Assembly: GCF_036321535.1 (NCBI RefSeq)
Contig: NC_087437.1
Span: 53,136,001-53,200,000 of the forward strand
Length of the DNA: 64,000 bases
Reading direction: 5' to 3'
Source: Camelus dromedarius
Taxonomy: Eukaryota
Shown: piece by piece, positions 49,561 through 62,949 of the stretch
How positions within the stretch are numbered: the stretch's first letter is position 1
Layout of the letters: each line of letters begins with the position of its first letter
The notes under the pieces: generated by a model
What the model was told of the DNA's origin: nothing
Database searches by the model: none
Seen by the model: the letters and a program-made list of their open reading frames with translations, nothing else
Program-made: the position numbers and the translations under genes

Positions 49561-49959
49561 TGCTTGTTATCTACCATTCTCCCCAGACTTAACTGATGCT
49601 AAGTGAGCACCTATGATGTGGCAGCATGTGCATTCTGTCCCGCAGTTCTTGACATCAGCCCCATCAGCTAGGCTGATCATCCCCATGGCAAACAAAACAG
49701 ACACAAGGCTGAAAGAGCACACAGCTAGTAAGAGCTCTGATGGAATCTCCATGCAGATGTTGACTCCAAATCCAATACTCTTTCTCAAAAAATTTTTTGT
49801 GTGTGTGATTCACAGAAAGGAAATTTTCCATATGCCAAATATGCACATATCCTGTTAAGATGAACCATATGAAACTGCAGATATTTGACCTTCTTGACCT
49901 GAAAAATGGTAGTTTCATATGGTTCAATCTCTACGTGTGATCTTACAGAAACGAAAAGA

Positions 49960-50107
49960 TCATGAAACAATACTTACCCCTATTGTATATGATACACCAT
50001 AATACTTCTGTTTTACCCTGTTCATCTTTTAAAATGCTGATCACAACCCACCGAACTGATTTCATGACACCCTAATGAGAGGTGGCCTGTAGTCTGCGAA
50101 ACCATGA
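49960..50107. mobile_element. hAT-Charlie MITE remnant
   Basis: 'aaaatgctgatcacaacccaccgaactgatttcatgacaccctaatg...aaaccatg'. Confidence 0.5.
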
Positions 50108-50999
50108 CCTACACAAAACCATTCCCGTAACCATGGAATAGTAATCCCACTCCCTTCAGATTTCACTTTAAATCTCTTGTATAAACTTTCAGACATAAAT
50201 GTCCTCCTCCCTCATGAGTCCAGCCAGAGCTCATCTGCCTGGATTCTTTTCAGAAGCACCTGGAAGGGCTGCCTCCTGAGTCACATCTGGGGAATGAGAT
50301 ATGGTGAGCACCCCCCTAGGATCACCCCAAACTAAATTCAAGAACCACAGGTGGGGGGTGTCACTACTTGCAATAATGAAAATGATTCATAATACATGTT
50401 ACTGTAACAAGCATACCGCCATTAGCCCCAAATGAGATCCAAATTTCTCTAAACATATCTGGTGAACTTGTGGTCTGGTTAGCTCACATCAGTTAATTTG
50501 ATGTGGGTCCCTGGAAGAATTAATTTTTGTGAAATTACCTTGCCCAAGACCTTTGGTTTTGTCTGGATGAGAAGGAAGGTTTGTGCTGAAAATCCTGATT
50601 CGAGGAGAGAAGTGATGAACAGGGCAGATGGGCATGTGTTCTCTGCCTGGCCCAGGGGTTGTTGTCCAAGCCCCAGGGAGAGAGGGGCTCCTGGAGTTGT
50701 TCCTATGCAGGGCTCTGTTATGTGACATGACGTGGAGGCAGGAGGGGAAACTCCCAGCCACTGGCAGCATGCCCACAGGGGCAGCTTTAGAGCAGAAGAA
50801 ACTGAGGTGCAGAAGCTGTGCCTGTGGCATCATATTGTGTGGGGTGCCCAGCATGTCTCAAGGGAGTGTGACAAGTCCTTAAGGGGAACTTCACAAGTGC
50901 ACCAGGACACAGCTTGCATCGCAAGGGGAGGAGCCAGTGAAGCATGGATAGTCACTGCGGATGGCACCTCCGGGCTGGCAGGTCTGGCGAAATTCATGT

Positions 51000-53020
51000 T
51001 ACAGTAAGCAAACACAATCACATTACAGAACATCGTGTTTGGAAAGTACATTACTCATATTGCTTTCATGTACATATTTTGCAAAGCTCACAACAACTCT
51101 ATGAGGTGGGGAGGTGGAGGGGGAGGGCACAGGAACCCTATTTTTCAGGAAGCAAAGGTTGTGGACGGAAGTCGGTGGGCATGAAATAGCACGGCCAGGT
51201 CATATGGTGGGAAAACAGCAGAGTCGGGATTCAAATCCAAGTCCTCAGACTGATCTTTCTGCTGGCCAGATTGTTGTCAAGGCAACCCTATTAAATTGCC
51301 CAAACAGTAGTGAGCAGGAGGGAAAGACAACCAGGACGGCAAAGGCAGGCGCCAGCTTCCCCAGCCCTCCCCTGTCTCCCCACGGCCTGTGGTCCAGGAC
51401 AGTGAGTCATCCAGCAGCGCTTTCCCTCCTCCGACACCCATTTGATACCCCTGCTCTGCACTCCCTCTTCAAGATGGGCTGCAAAAGCCAGATTTTGTGG
51501 GTATCTCCCCCCAGGACTGGGAGCACCAGACTCAGGAGGCTGCTGCAGCCAAATCTTAGTAGATGTCCTGCCCCATCACCCCTCCTCGGAACCTCCCTCC
51601 CAGCAATCATCTTAAGGGTAGATGGCTCTGGACCTTCCCAGTGAAAGTCCCCGAGGGCAGCTTCCATGTCTGCACTTCCCTTTGGAGCCTGAAGCCATAT
51701 ACTCAGCATCTGCATTTGGCATTTTATATGTGTTTATTTGATTTTCACACCGTCTCCACTAAGGGAGTGTGACCATCCCATTTTACAGGTGAGGAAATTA
51801 ACGTGCCCAATGTCACACTGATGGTAAGAAGCAAAGCCCAGATTAGGATCAGATGTCTTGCTACCCTCTCTGGTCAGCTTTCAACCATGCCACGTTGTTT
51901 GGGGGCTGCACTCCGGATGGAGAGGGCATGGGTGTGTGGGGAATGGAGCAATTATAACCACTGGATACGGTTCCTGCAGATGAGCAAACTCACCTGTGCC
52001 TGACTGGTACGCAGCAGATACATGCTGGTGAGGCTGAGCTGTTTAAATATTGACCAGTTGGTAAATTGCCACTTGAGTGACTTCGCAGCACCCCAGCCAT
52101 GCTGGCCAGTTCCCCAGGACTGTTCACAAGTCAGCAACTAGAGGGCTATTGCCAGGGCCTCAGGGGCCTCAGGACTGTGGTCACTCCGTGCTGTGTTCAC
52201 GGTCCACTCTGGCTGGCTGTGTCTGTGCTGTACCATTTGTTATCTATTTTGGCATCACTCCTGCCTGACCTGATGAAGGCCATGGAATGGAGGCTCTTGG
52301 AGGCCGAGCAGTACCTGAAATGCTTAATTGGACTCTGGCTTAAGAAACATCCTGCTTTCAGAGATAACCTGCAGGTAGTGAGATGTTTTCCCAGAGTGAG
52401 GGCTCATGAGTGCTGGTGAAGATTGCCTCAACGATCCCCATGATTCAGAAAAGATGTGTACCTGCAAAAGAATGAGATTTTTAAATGAGCCCTATCATTT
52501 ATTGACTCTCATGATAAAGTCAGAATTACTCTTGAATGGCCAGTTCATTACTGATGGACAGAGGGATACGTTTCTGATCAGGCAAGGCTTGAGATGAGTT
52601 CTGGGCTGAAGCCTGCTAGCTGTTGGTTTACACAATTGCTTTTGCAGAACTTCGTGAGCTTGCAACACTTTACTGAACTTGGGATCAATCATCTGCTGCC
52701 ACCTCTCAACCCTTCTCAGAGTATACAAAACTATCCAATCCCTCAAGATGTTGACTCCACACTCAGAACTTCTGGAAATTGGCCCCCTTCCTTCCAATTC
52801 TGCTGAGAAATAATCATAATCTCTTCCATTTATGACAACTCTGACATGCCACACACTGTGCTTTATCTCATTCAGTCCTCACACGATTTAACTATGTCCA
52901 TTTTGTAGGCAAGGAAACTGAGGCTTGGAGACATTTTAAAAAATTCTTCACGTTAACCCAGCTGGTAAGTAGGAGAGCCAGTTGTCAAACTCAAGTCTGT
53001 TGGACCTCAATCCCGTGTTC
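51000..53020 (-). mobile_element. Scattered MIR fragments (~51000-51270, ~51770-51890, ~52820-53020) within unique DNA
   Basis: 'ctcacaacaactctatgaggtggg', 'cccattttacaggtgaggaaa', 'ccattttgtaggcaaggaaactgaggctt'. Confidence 0.7.
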
Positions 53021-53229
53021 CCTGCTTAATAGTCGGGGTGGGCAAGTCATCTAACCATGCTCTAAGGCCCTCACGTGGTCTGGCTGCTGCCTCCTGCCGT
53101 GAACTTAGCCTGTATTCTACTTGCCCCCTCCCTATGCTTCAGCCGCACACACCTTCTTTCTCTTCCTCAAATGCATCCACGTTGTTTCTGCTGATGTGCT
53201 TTTGCTCTTGTGGCCTGCTGGGCCTGGAA

Positions 53230-53410
53230 TGTGGAAACTTTGCAAGTTCTGGGGCTGTAAAGAAAAATGACACAGCCCCTGCCCTTAAGAAATCTACAAT
53301 CTAGTGATGGGAGGCAGACTCATAGATAGATAATTATAATATTGGCCTACTAAATTCATTAATAGAGATCGTTAAAGACATAACAGAAATACAGGGAAGT
53401 AAAACTGACC

Positions 53411-53446
<36 letters not shown>

Positions 53447-54430
53447 GGGAACAGCCAGGAAAGACTTTACAGACAAGTGATGCTCAGCTGAGTCTTAAAG
53501 AACAAATAGGAGTGAACAAGACAGAGTGTGTAGGAGAGGGTAGGTCGTGACACATTCCTGGCAGAGAAGACAATAGGAGGAAAAGCCCGAAGATGAGAAA
53601 CAGTGGCAGGTATGACGTGGGTGATCTGCAGTTTAGTGCTGCTGGAATATAAAATGGTAAGAGAGAAAGCTGGGAGGTAGACAAGAGCTGGACTGGAGAC
53701 AGTTCTACAGTGAGGGAGACCAAATGATTTACTAAAGGATACTCTGAGAGTGAGAGTGGGTGCTAGCCCACTGGGACCTCAAGGCAACAGGAATAACCTG
53801 GAACTGTCCTGGGGACACTGGAATGTATGGTCACACTCACCTAGAGTCTTCACTGAGGAATTTGAACCTCTGTCTATGCACAATGGGGAGATATGGAAGG
53901 TTTTAAGAGGGAGGTGGCAAAACCAGACTCAGTTTTTAAGGGTTATTCAGGCACCAATGTGGACGATGGATTGGAGGGGTGCCAGGCTGGAGGAGGGAGG
54001 ACCACTTAGGATGCTGTGGCAGTAGGGTAAGAGAAAGTGAGACTGGGTTGGAGGTGATGGTAAAAGGTAAGAATAAGAAGAAGGATTTCTTTTCAAGGAA
54101 TGAAGAAGTACTGAGGAGGAAAGATCTTTAGGATTTTATGATTGGTAAAGAGAAGGGAGAGGGAAGAGAAAACGTCCCTCCTTGGGTTCCTATTAGGGAA
54201 CTGGGTAGATGGCAGTACCACAGTATACCATGGAGCAAAGCGTTGGGTTTTGTCTTGGACAAGTTGATTTGAGATGCCTGTGGGATGTTTGGGGGAAGGA
54301 GTCCAGTAGGCTGTTTGTTGTGGGTCTGAAGCTGCGCAGAAATGGGTGGAGACTCATCTGCTACATCAGGACATAGAAGGATAGCAAGAGAGTAGAACAG
54401 ATTCTCACAGAGAATGTGTTCAGTGAGAAG
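53230..54430 (-). mobile_element. L2 LINE, interrupted by a (TG)n microsatellite
   Basis: 'acagcccctgcccttaag', 'caatggggagatatggaaggttttaag', 'gacaagttgatttgagatgcctgtggga'. Confidence 0.85.
53412..53444 (+). repeat. (TG)n microsatellite
   Basis: Perfect TG run of ~16 units. Confidence 0.97.
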
Positions 54431-54789
54431 AGTGGTGGTCTCACAAGATTCCCATTCTCCTCTTGGCAATTTTCTTTAAAAAAAAAAAAACTTTATTTCA
54501 CCAACTTTATTTAAATAACAGTCTAATAACTTGTGAAAATTAATGAGCTTATGATGTTCCCTTGCAAAGCCCTTCCTCAGGTTCTCCAAGTTCTTAATTA
54601 TGTTGTTATTTTCTACGAACTTAATTTATTTCTGTTGGTTATGTATGGCACGGCTCATTGCCCACTGTTTGTAGAGGTCAGTGTTTCCTTCACTAGGTTG
54701 CTGCTGGAAACTGGCAACGATAGCAGGGCTGCAGGAATTGAGCTGCACTGGGCCTTCTATTTCTTTAACGTCTTAATTTATCTTTTTTA

Positions 54790-56460
54790 AATCTTATTTT
54801 TGAATATGCAATACATTCACATGGTTTATAAATAAAATATATGTAAATATATACAGCAAAAAAATCTTTCTTTCACCTGCCCCTATCCTTCATCCACACA
54901 ATTTCCATCTCCCTGCCCCAGGTGACCACGGTTGACAATTTCATGTATGGCTTTCCAGAGTTTCCTTAGTATATATGAGCAAAGACAAATATATATTCTA
55001 TGTCTCCCCAACATTTTTACACAAAAGGTTTTAGATGATACTTATAATTCTGACCTGGATGTTTTCACCTAATATGCCTTGAATATTTTTTCATATCAGA
55101 ACATGGAAATAAATATTCATCATTCTTTGTAAACTGTAATTTACTTAGCTTGTCTCCTATTGATGGACATTTGGGTTATTTCCATATGTTTGCTATTACA
55201 GACTCCAGTGCCATGAATAACCTTGTACATGTGTTATTTTACACTTGTGTAAGTATCTCTGTAAGATGCATTTGTAGATGTGGAATTGCTGGCCTCAATA
55301 TTTTCTTTTGGGGTTATTGCCAAATTGTCCTCCATGGTAGCCATACCAACGTCCATTCCTATCTTTAATGTATGAGATTTACCCTTTCCCCACAGCCTTA
55401 CTAATGTAACATCAAACCGATCATGGGGAAAATGGTAGCAACTCAGGGTAGTTTTAATTTGCATTTCTCTTAGTTTGAGTAAAGTTGAACATATTTTCAT
55501 TTGTTCCTTGTATGTAAACCATTTGTCGATAACTTTGCTTATTTTTCTATTGAATTTTTGGTTCTTTTACTGATTTCTAGAGGAATTAGACATTTGTCTA
55601 GGATGACTAGATCTTTGTTGTTTTTTTAAACAACAGAAATTTATTGTCTCACAGTTCTAAAGGCTAGATGTCCAAAATCAAGCTTTCAGCCGACCCACAC
55701 TCCCTTTGAAATCCGTTGGGGAGAATCCTTCCTTGACTCTTCCTTACTCCTGTGGTTTGCAGCAACTCTTGGCATCCTTGGCTCACAGTGGCATCACTCC
55801 AATTTCTGCCTCCAACATCACATGGCATTTCCCCTCATGTATCTGTGTCTTGTGTCTCTTTTAGCATGACTAGATCTTTGTAATATTAGTTGCATTTACT
55901 TTTTCCAGTTTGCCATTTCTAGTGTTTGGTGTTTTATTTGCCAGGCAGAGGTTTATTTTTTTACTTTTTTAAGGTAGTTACTGTATCATTCCATTCTTTT
56001 ATAGCTTCTGGGTTTTGACTCATGTTAAAGACCTTCACCACTCCAAATTTTTAAATATTTTTTCCAGACTTTCCTCTAGTATTTGAACTAAATTGAAATC
56101 TATGATTCATTTAGAATTTATCCTGGTATACACTGTGTAGTGTGAATCCAGCTTAATTTTTGCTAGACAGCTAAAAAGCAGTAGTCTCAATATCATTTAT
56201 TCACTAGTTCCTACCTTCCTAGCTAATTTGAGAGACAACTTTTATCATATTCTAAATTTCCATATGTATTTGGGTCTATTTCTTGACATCCTGGCTGTTG
56301 GTTTATGGGATAAATTTCAAACTATTTTAATTATTGACATTTTTATCATTTGTTTTAGTATTTGATAGGGATGGATCCTTCTCATTCCTTTTACCCCCTG
56401 GCCATTCTTCCTGTATTTCAATTTTTTCCTTTTTAATTTTACAATCAGTTTGTCTATGTG
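54790..56460 (-). mobile_element. Ancient L1 (L1MC/ME-type) ORF2 end and 3' UTR, interrupted at 55619-55865
   Basis: 'cctattgatggacatttgggttatttcc...tgctattaca...gtggaattgctgg', 'gttttaatttgcatttctct'. Confidence 0.85.
55619..55865 (-). mobile_element. MLT1 LTR fragment with poly-A tail and 16-bp TSD (L1-mediated retrocopy)
   Basis: 'aacaacagaaatttattgtctcacagttct...gagaatccttccttgactcttcc' flanked by atgactagatctttgt at 55603-55618 and 55866-55881. Confidence 0.85.
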
Positions 56461-56468
56461 AAAAACAA

Positions 56469-56513
<45 letters not shown>
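56461..56513 (+). repeat. (CAA)n microsatellite
   Basis: ~14 perfect CAA units. Confidence 0.95.
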
Positions 56514-56519
56514 GAAGCT

Positions 56520-56890
56520 GTTAAAGACCACTGAGGTTGTTCCAAAAGGATCAGGAGCCAAACTGAAGAAGCTCTCAAACAAAAGATGAAACCAAATTGA
56601 GCATCAATAAGGATACTAACTAACAAATGCAATAATCAAAATACAGTGTGATGACACCGCAGGCAGTCCAAGCAAATTCCAGACTGTAGAAATTCTACCA
56701 GGTTCTTCAACAAATGGATTGACAGAAAACAAAAACAAAAACAAAAACAAAAACAAAAACAAAAACAAAAACAAGAAGCGGGTAAGGGAGAAAAAAATCC
56801 ATAAATTAAAAAAATTAAGAGACAATATCAACCAATTGCCATGTGTGAACTTTATTTGGATCCTGGTACAAACAAAAGAAAATGTAAAAT
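56520..56890 (+). mobile_element. L1MC/ME-type 3' UTR fragment containing an (AAAAAC)n run at 56726-56774
   Basis: 'aagagacaatatcaaccaattgccatgtgtgaactttatttggatcctg...aaacaaa'. Confidence 0.7.
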
Positions 56891-59599
56891 TACCATCAGT
56901 AGCTATCCTCATTTTAAGGCAAAGAAGAAAATCATTTACTTACCCAACAAATGTCAATAAGTGGGAGAAAGGAGTCCACGTGTAAGAGCAGCTTAGAACT
57001 AAAATCAGCCCAAGAACTTCCATCCCAGTAGCCAGCAGTTCAAACACGGCAATGTGGTTACAGAGGGAGAATGGTAGCATATCCAATAATAAAACTTTTG
57101 TCAACCAGAAGCATTTGCTTGTGGAAACCATAATTTCTGTCACTGGTCAGACAGCCGCCTAACCCTGATTATGAGCAGAGACTCCACTCCATCATTAGGA
57201 CCAGTAGAGCAAATGGTAAATAGGGCCTTTAAATCATGGTCGTCCCCAGGTTCATCAGCTCTAAAGCACTTGGCTCCATTCAGGCCAGTCCAGGGCAAAC
57301 TATCCACTTGTGCTGAAGCATCTGAGAAAGGGAGGGCTTCTTAGCCAAAACTGGAAAAAGTGAGCTGAAAGTCCCACCTCCCACCCAGCTAAAGAGCAGG
57401 GGCTCATCTGAGACAGGTTTGAGGGAAGGACTTAGTTGGGACTAGTGTGTTTCCAAAGGAAAGTGTGCCCCTGCAGATAAACAGGCTGCTTGCCCATGAC
57501 TGCACTGCAGTAGATGGTGTCAGGGGGAAAAAAAAATTGTTCCCCTGCCCTTCCCTGGTTAAGATAGGTCCCTCTACCTGTCTTATTTAGTCAAAAGCAG
57601 ATAACTGGGTCTCCTGTAGTCAAATAAGGCCATCCCTCAAGAATTGCATGAACCTGTTTAGATGCGATTGATGCGTGTGTATCTAAGTGCAGGGTTGGAT
57701 GTTATTCCCTGAAATGGTAACTGTGATTATTTCTGGGTGATGAGGGTTGGGATGCTTTTCAGTCTCTTCACAATGCACGTAAATTATTTTTATACTTGGA
57801 GCATAAAGCCACTTTTTATTTCCATTTTGGGAAAGAAAAATAAACTACAAAAGAAATATTGTTCCCTTCAGCCAAATTCTAAGCATTTCTGAGTACTCTG
57901 AGTTGCCCCTCAACACTTGAGGGAGATCCAATTCTCAGAAATGCCTAATTCCATCAACTCCTAACTAGAAACTGGGACCCAGGACTTCGTCGTTCTTGAT
58001 GGCTCTTTCTAGGAGTAAGACTAGGTGATAATCAACCAGGTATTAGGTCTCTCCATGGTGCGTTTTGTTGTGTTCAGTTTCCCTGAACACTGAACCTCAT
58101 CATGACTGATGCTGGCCCTCCCTGATCCAGGTCTCAGCACTTCTAGGTCTGGTATCCGGCCTGGATGTCAACCCTATTTGTTTATGTTTGTTCTTTTCCC
58201 TACTTGTCATGATGATGGCCCATCTCAAAACCAAAGTAGCTTTTTTTACATGAATTAAAAGTACGTGTGACTTTCTGGGTTTCTATCTGGGAGCCAGGGT
58301 CCCGGATTAGACAACATTTCCACAGGACTTGGTTCTTCGGTTAATAAGGATTCTTAGGCTAACAAATAATGAGCGATGCTTCATCACAACATGTGACCTG
58401 GATATAGATTCATTAACCAGCTAAAAGCTGCTCTATTCTAACATGTCTGAAGCCTGGAGAGGCAAAACAGTGGTCCTGACTGTAAAGTGCTTTGCAGAGT
58501 ATAAAAGATACGGAGCTGCTGGAGGCTGGGGCCTGTGAGCGAGGAGCCAGAGCAGAGGGTAGGCTGTCACCAGTAAACTCCTCTCCAGAAAAACAGTGAG
58601 AAGGACCAGGACCCTTTGCCATCTGCCAGGGGATTACTCTGTGAAAAAGCACAAGGTTGGCTGCCCCCCAAGACACCAGTTTCCCAAATAGAGCCTGAGT
58701 CCAGGAGGGAGAGAAGAGCCAGCTAAGAATAGCTATGACGTCCCAAGTTGATTTTCTTCTTTCCTTTTTTTATTTTTCAGTGAGTTCACCTAAAATAGCC
58801 TGGCAATAGATTCCCTTTTTGCCCTCTTTGTGGAAAAAGGCAAACAGTCATAGAGATCAAGAGCTGAAGTTAAGCTTCTAAGAAGCCTGAAGTTTCTGCC
58901 CAAGCACACAGGTATCCCTCCGGGGTGACGGCCACGTCCACTCTGGTGTGAAAGCCGCATCCCTGAAGGGAAGGGCCAAAGCCTGGGGATTGTCAGGGAG
59001 CTTCACAGACTCCTCTGGCCCAGTGGGCTTGGAAGGGAGCGGACCAGAGGCTGGACAGCATCCAGGTATTGGAGGGTGCGCAGACCTCCAGCTTAGGAGA
59101 AGGTTGCCCAGCTCTGGGATCCAGCCCTGAGCCTAGTGTTTCAGGAAACCTAGGGACAGTTCTGAAGAGTTTAAGAAGCAATGGCCCAGGTGTCTTTCTG
59201 AGCCAGTAACTCCAGCAGATCAGAGTCAGGACGGCCCATGACACTAGTAGAAAAAGTTCTAACAGACAGAAGTGGGTTTCCCTGGAGGTAAGGTCAGGGG
59301 AGAGAGAGGCCCCCATAGGCAGTCAACTGCTTAGAAGTATTTAGGGAAGTCCCTCCTCTCAGAGGGTTTTTGATTCCTCCACCTCTGCCTCAGATGGAGG
59401 GTGGACATCTGCCTTGCCTCTCTGTCCCTTGTCTGCCGTGGTCCTGACCTCTGTGGGGCAGCCTGGCTCAGATCCCTTGTAGGGTCCTCACTGAGGTGGG
59501 GCTGCTACCTTGGGCACTTTGAAAGACAAGCCCTGAGTCAGGGCTCAGAGCACAGAAAAAGGAGGCAGCGCTGTTCCCCAGGAACCAAAACGATTCCAT

Positions 59600-60055
59600 C
59601 AGTGATTTGAGACTGTGATTATAATCCCAGGTGCGCATGAGAATTTTACAGTTGAATAAACCCAGGCTCAAAGAAGCTGAGTGACTTGCCCAAACTATAG
59701 GGTCAGTAAATTTTAGAAAGAAAAGGTCAAATCCAGGTCCCTGTCTCCCAGGCCATGCTCCTTCACTATCTTGCAGAAGTTTTAAGTGAAGGGCTGACTG
59801 CAGAGGGGGTGTCCCTGGGTGGGATTCAGGACAGGCAGGAGAAAGGGGGCTGACATTTGCAAGTGCGCGTCTGGGTACTACTGCCAGCATTCAAGTGTTG
59901 CTGCTTCGTCGTGTGTGACCTTAGGCCAGAACCTTGCCCTCCTCTGGGCTAATCAATGAATGCGCCCACATGGTGGTCAGGACTAAGTCAGGTAATATAT
60001 GTTAAGCCTGGGATAGAATAAGCACTCAATAATTTTAGCTACTTTGTGACTATTA
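59600..60055. mobile_element. Two MIR fragments in opposite orientations
   Basis: 'gctcaaagaagctgagtgacttgcccaa'; 'tgtgtgaccttaggcc...gcactcaataattttagcta'. Confidence 0.7.
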
Positions 60056-60779
60056 TTTTCACAACATTCATGGTCCAGAGCCTACTATCAAGCTGGCAGA
60101 CTCAGAAGCCTGGTTTTGTCAAAACACTGAGAACAAATTCATCTTGAGGATTGATATTTAAAGTCAGAAGACAGGTGTGCACTTTCCAAGGTGACATGTG
60201 ACTGTCCTTGCAGACTGGAGGGTGTGTCCTACATGACCAGGGCTTCTCTCCCCTTGGGTGCGTCCAAAGCATCTTGTGAGCTTGGCAGCTGAGTAGGTGC
60301 TCTTGTCAGAACCCTGAGGTTAAGGACATTAGGCTCGGTCTGACTCAGCCATTTTCACAGCCTGGGTAACTGCCCTCTTTCTCCCATGCATTCGAACACG
60401 CATTCATTCCCAAACGATTTTTTGAGTTCTTATTACATGCTAGGCACTGCTCTGGCACAGGGGAAATGGCAGGAAATAGGGCAGATAGGCTCCTGCCTTC
60501 ATAGACCTTACTTTCTAGGACCAAGCAAGGCAAGCTCTCCCCTGCCACCATCAGCTGTGCTGGGAATAGGCAAGACTGGCATCTTCTCTCATTTTGCTGA
60601 TGCTGACAGCTCTCTTCCTTGAGACACAGTGTTTTCTTTGGGGATGTTAGTACTGTATTTCCCTGAGGGTGAAATGCAGATGCCAGTACATCATCTGTCC
60701 CCCTGGCTGCTGGCAGCACCACCTTGCTCCAGTCCAGTCCCAGGAAGATAACCCTTGTAGCCCCATGTTGTGGGGTGCA

Positions 60780-61290
60780 CACCCTCTACAGGTTCCCCAA
60801 CACTTCACCTGCCCACATCACCCTGCTCTGGCCCCTCCTCAGCTCTCTTATCTCTGCATTCCCCCCACCTCAGCCTCCCTTTCCTTAGCACCCCCAATAC
60901 GCTGTTCTGGGCCTCCTCCTCCCCCTGGACTCTGTCTGATCCTCTCCCAGCAAACTCTAAGCCTGCCAAAATATCAGTCTCCCACTCTGTGCCTCCTCTA
61001 AGAGGCCTTGGCTGCCCCACAGCTCCCCTTCTGAGCACCACGCTTCTTCCAGTCCCCAGTGTTCTTTCCCCATGTGCAGCCTTTCTGGCCTGTCTCTCCC
61101 TCTGCCAGTCCTTGTCCCCACGCTGTCTTCCACCCTGACCTTCCAGGAAGCGGTGTTCCCTTCCCTGCTGGGGTCCTTTCTCTCCAGACCTTACTACTCC
61201 CCGCTGGGTTCCCTCTCTCCTCCACCAGCTGCAGGCCCTCCCTGTTCTTGATCTTATGACCCCTGCCCTCTCCCTCTAGGGGATCACTTT
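60780..61290 (+). repeat. C/T-rich low-complexity tract
   Basis: Strong pyrimidine bias over ~500 bp. Confidence 0.6.
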
Positions 61291-61654
61291 CTTTCTGGGT
61301 CCAGGATCTGTCCTAGTTTTCATACACGTATCTTCCCCCTTAGACAGGAGTTTCCTTTTTAATATTTAAAATTTTTAAAAAGTATGTGGGGTGTTGTCAA
61401 TTTAAAGGGAAATATTACATAATAATGGAATAGATGGTAGGCAGGTATTTCAAAAGCTGAGCAGATGAGACAGGGAGGGAAGCCTGGGGAAGAGTGAATG
61501 AATACACCCAGCTGGGGAGCAGTTAAATCTTCCAGACCCAAGTGCTGGACTGTCTCTTAAGGGTGGATTTTGCTGTCACCCATTAGATCATCTGTATTGA
61601 TTTGAGAATGACCACTTAGAGGCCCCTCTCATTTCAGGACTTAAGGAAAGCCTC

Positions 61655-61800
61655 GCAGTAGTCCCCAGGTCCCATCAGCATAGACCATGTCTCCTTAAGA
61701 GTGAATTTCATTTCCAAAGTTAGGTTGTAAGTAAATTGGAGCTCATTTTCCCATAGAAACACTTAAATATAAGGTAAATTCCAGACTAATATGCTGAATG
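61655..61800. mobile_element. Tigger-like DNA transposon remnant
   Basis: 'cagtagtcccc...ttccaaagttaggttgtaagt...cattttcccatagaaaca'. Confidence 0.45.
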
Positions 61801-61979
61801 CCTTATCATCCACAAAGTACTTGCCCAGAATCTGAGTGGTAGCCTAAGGCCCTTGGCTCATTGAGTCTTGCCTGTGGGCCCTGACAGCCACCCCAGGTTT
61901 GTACAGGATACTGAGAAATGGGGCTCAGAGGTGGCATCAGAGAAGCATCCAAGCATCTGGTCTCTGTGTGAGCCACTTG

Positions 61980-62142
61980 CCTCAAGATCATGGGAAAGGC
62001 TTATTAAAAACATACATGTCCATGTCTAGACTCCACATGCAACTTGATAGATTCTGGGGATTGGCAGGGTGTCAGGAATCTGTTTTATAACAAAGAAGTC
62101 CCTGGGTAACTTTTATGTATCCTAGACTTTGACGACCATTGC
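61980..62142. mobile_element. MER5A-like MITE
   Basis: 'gcttattaaaaacatacatg...ggaatctgttttataacaag...tttgacgaccattg'. Confidence 0.65.
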
Positions 62143-62449
62143 TTCAGTGGCTTGGCAGCCCCCAGAGCAGCCAGGAGGTGGGTGTGGCAGTGTGGCCAGG
62201 CCATGGATGGCAAAGTCCACTGGGCCATCATCAAGCATCTGTAATGTACAAATTCTATCTGTCTGTAAATTCTACTCCCTTCTCTTAGCATCTATATCCT
62301 TCAGGATGCCTTTTGTGATTTTTTTTATCCCCTTCAGAACTGCCCTTGGTATTCAGTGGAACTTAATTCAGTTCATTCCTATGAAATCCTATGTCAATCA
62401 ATCATTTTGAAGTATTTGGATAAAAGAAAGCCTCAAAGGAAGCTATTAA

Positions 62450-62855
62450 TTAAAGCAACATCAGCCCCAGATAAACTCAGTGGCTTAACACAATAGAATT
62501 TCATTCCTCTCTCCTACAACAGTTTAATGTGGGGGGTGGGGGGTGCTGGAGGAAGAGTAATCTGTTTCACACAGTCACTTGTGGTCCAGGCTGCCAGTGG
62601 CTCTGCCATTTTTAACATGGGGCCTTAAGGTTGCTCTGGGCAAGGGGCATCCAGCCAGATCTGGAAAGAGTACAAACGGAGGTTATAAGTCAGGCCTGGG
62701 AGTGACATTTACCCATTTCCACTAACATTCTAATATTCCATTAGCTAGAACCCAGTCTCAAGGCCATCCCTAACTGCTAAGGAGGCTGGGAAATGTTGTT
62801 TAGCTGTGTGTAAGAAAAAAGAGGAAACAGATTGGTGAACTACTTGGCCTTTTCC
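62450..62855 (-). mobile_element. Old MLT1 (J/K-like) LTR
   Basis: 'ctcagtggcttaacacaatagaatttcatt...cattagctagaacccagtc...cctaactgctaaggaggctgggaaatg'. Confidence 0.8.
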
Positions 62856-62949
62856 CGTAGACTCAATTGAAAGTTGAGGGAGAGATCTGGGAAGGCTTCT
62901 TGGAGGAGGTGACACTGGCATGAGGCCATCTGGCATGCTTGTTCAGAGT

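Noticed and set aside
56327..56632. Poly-Q and poly-C ORFs
   Set aside because: Produced by the (CAA)n microsatellite between L1 fragments
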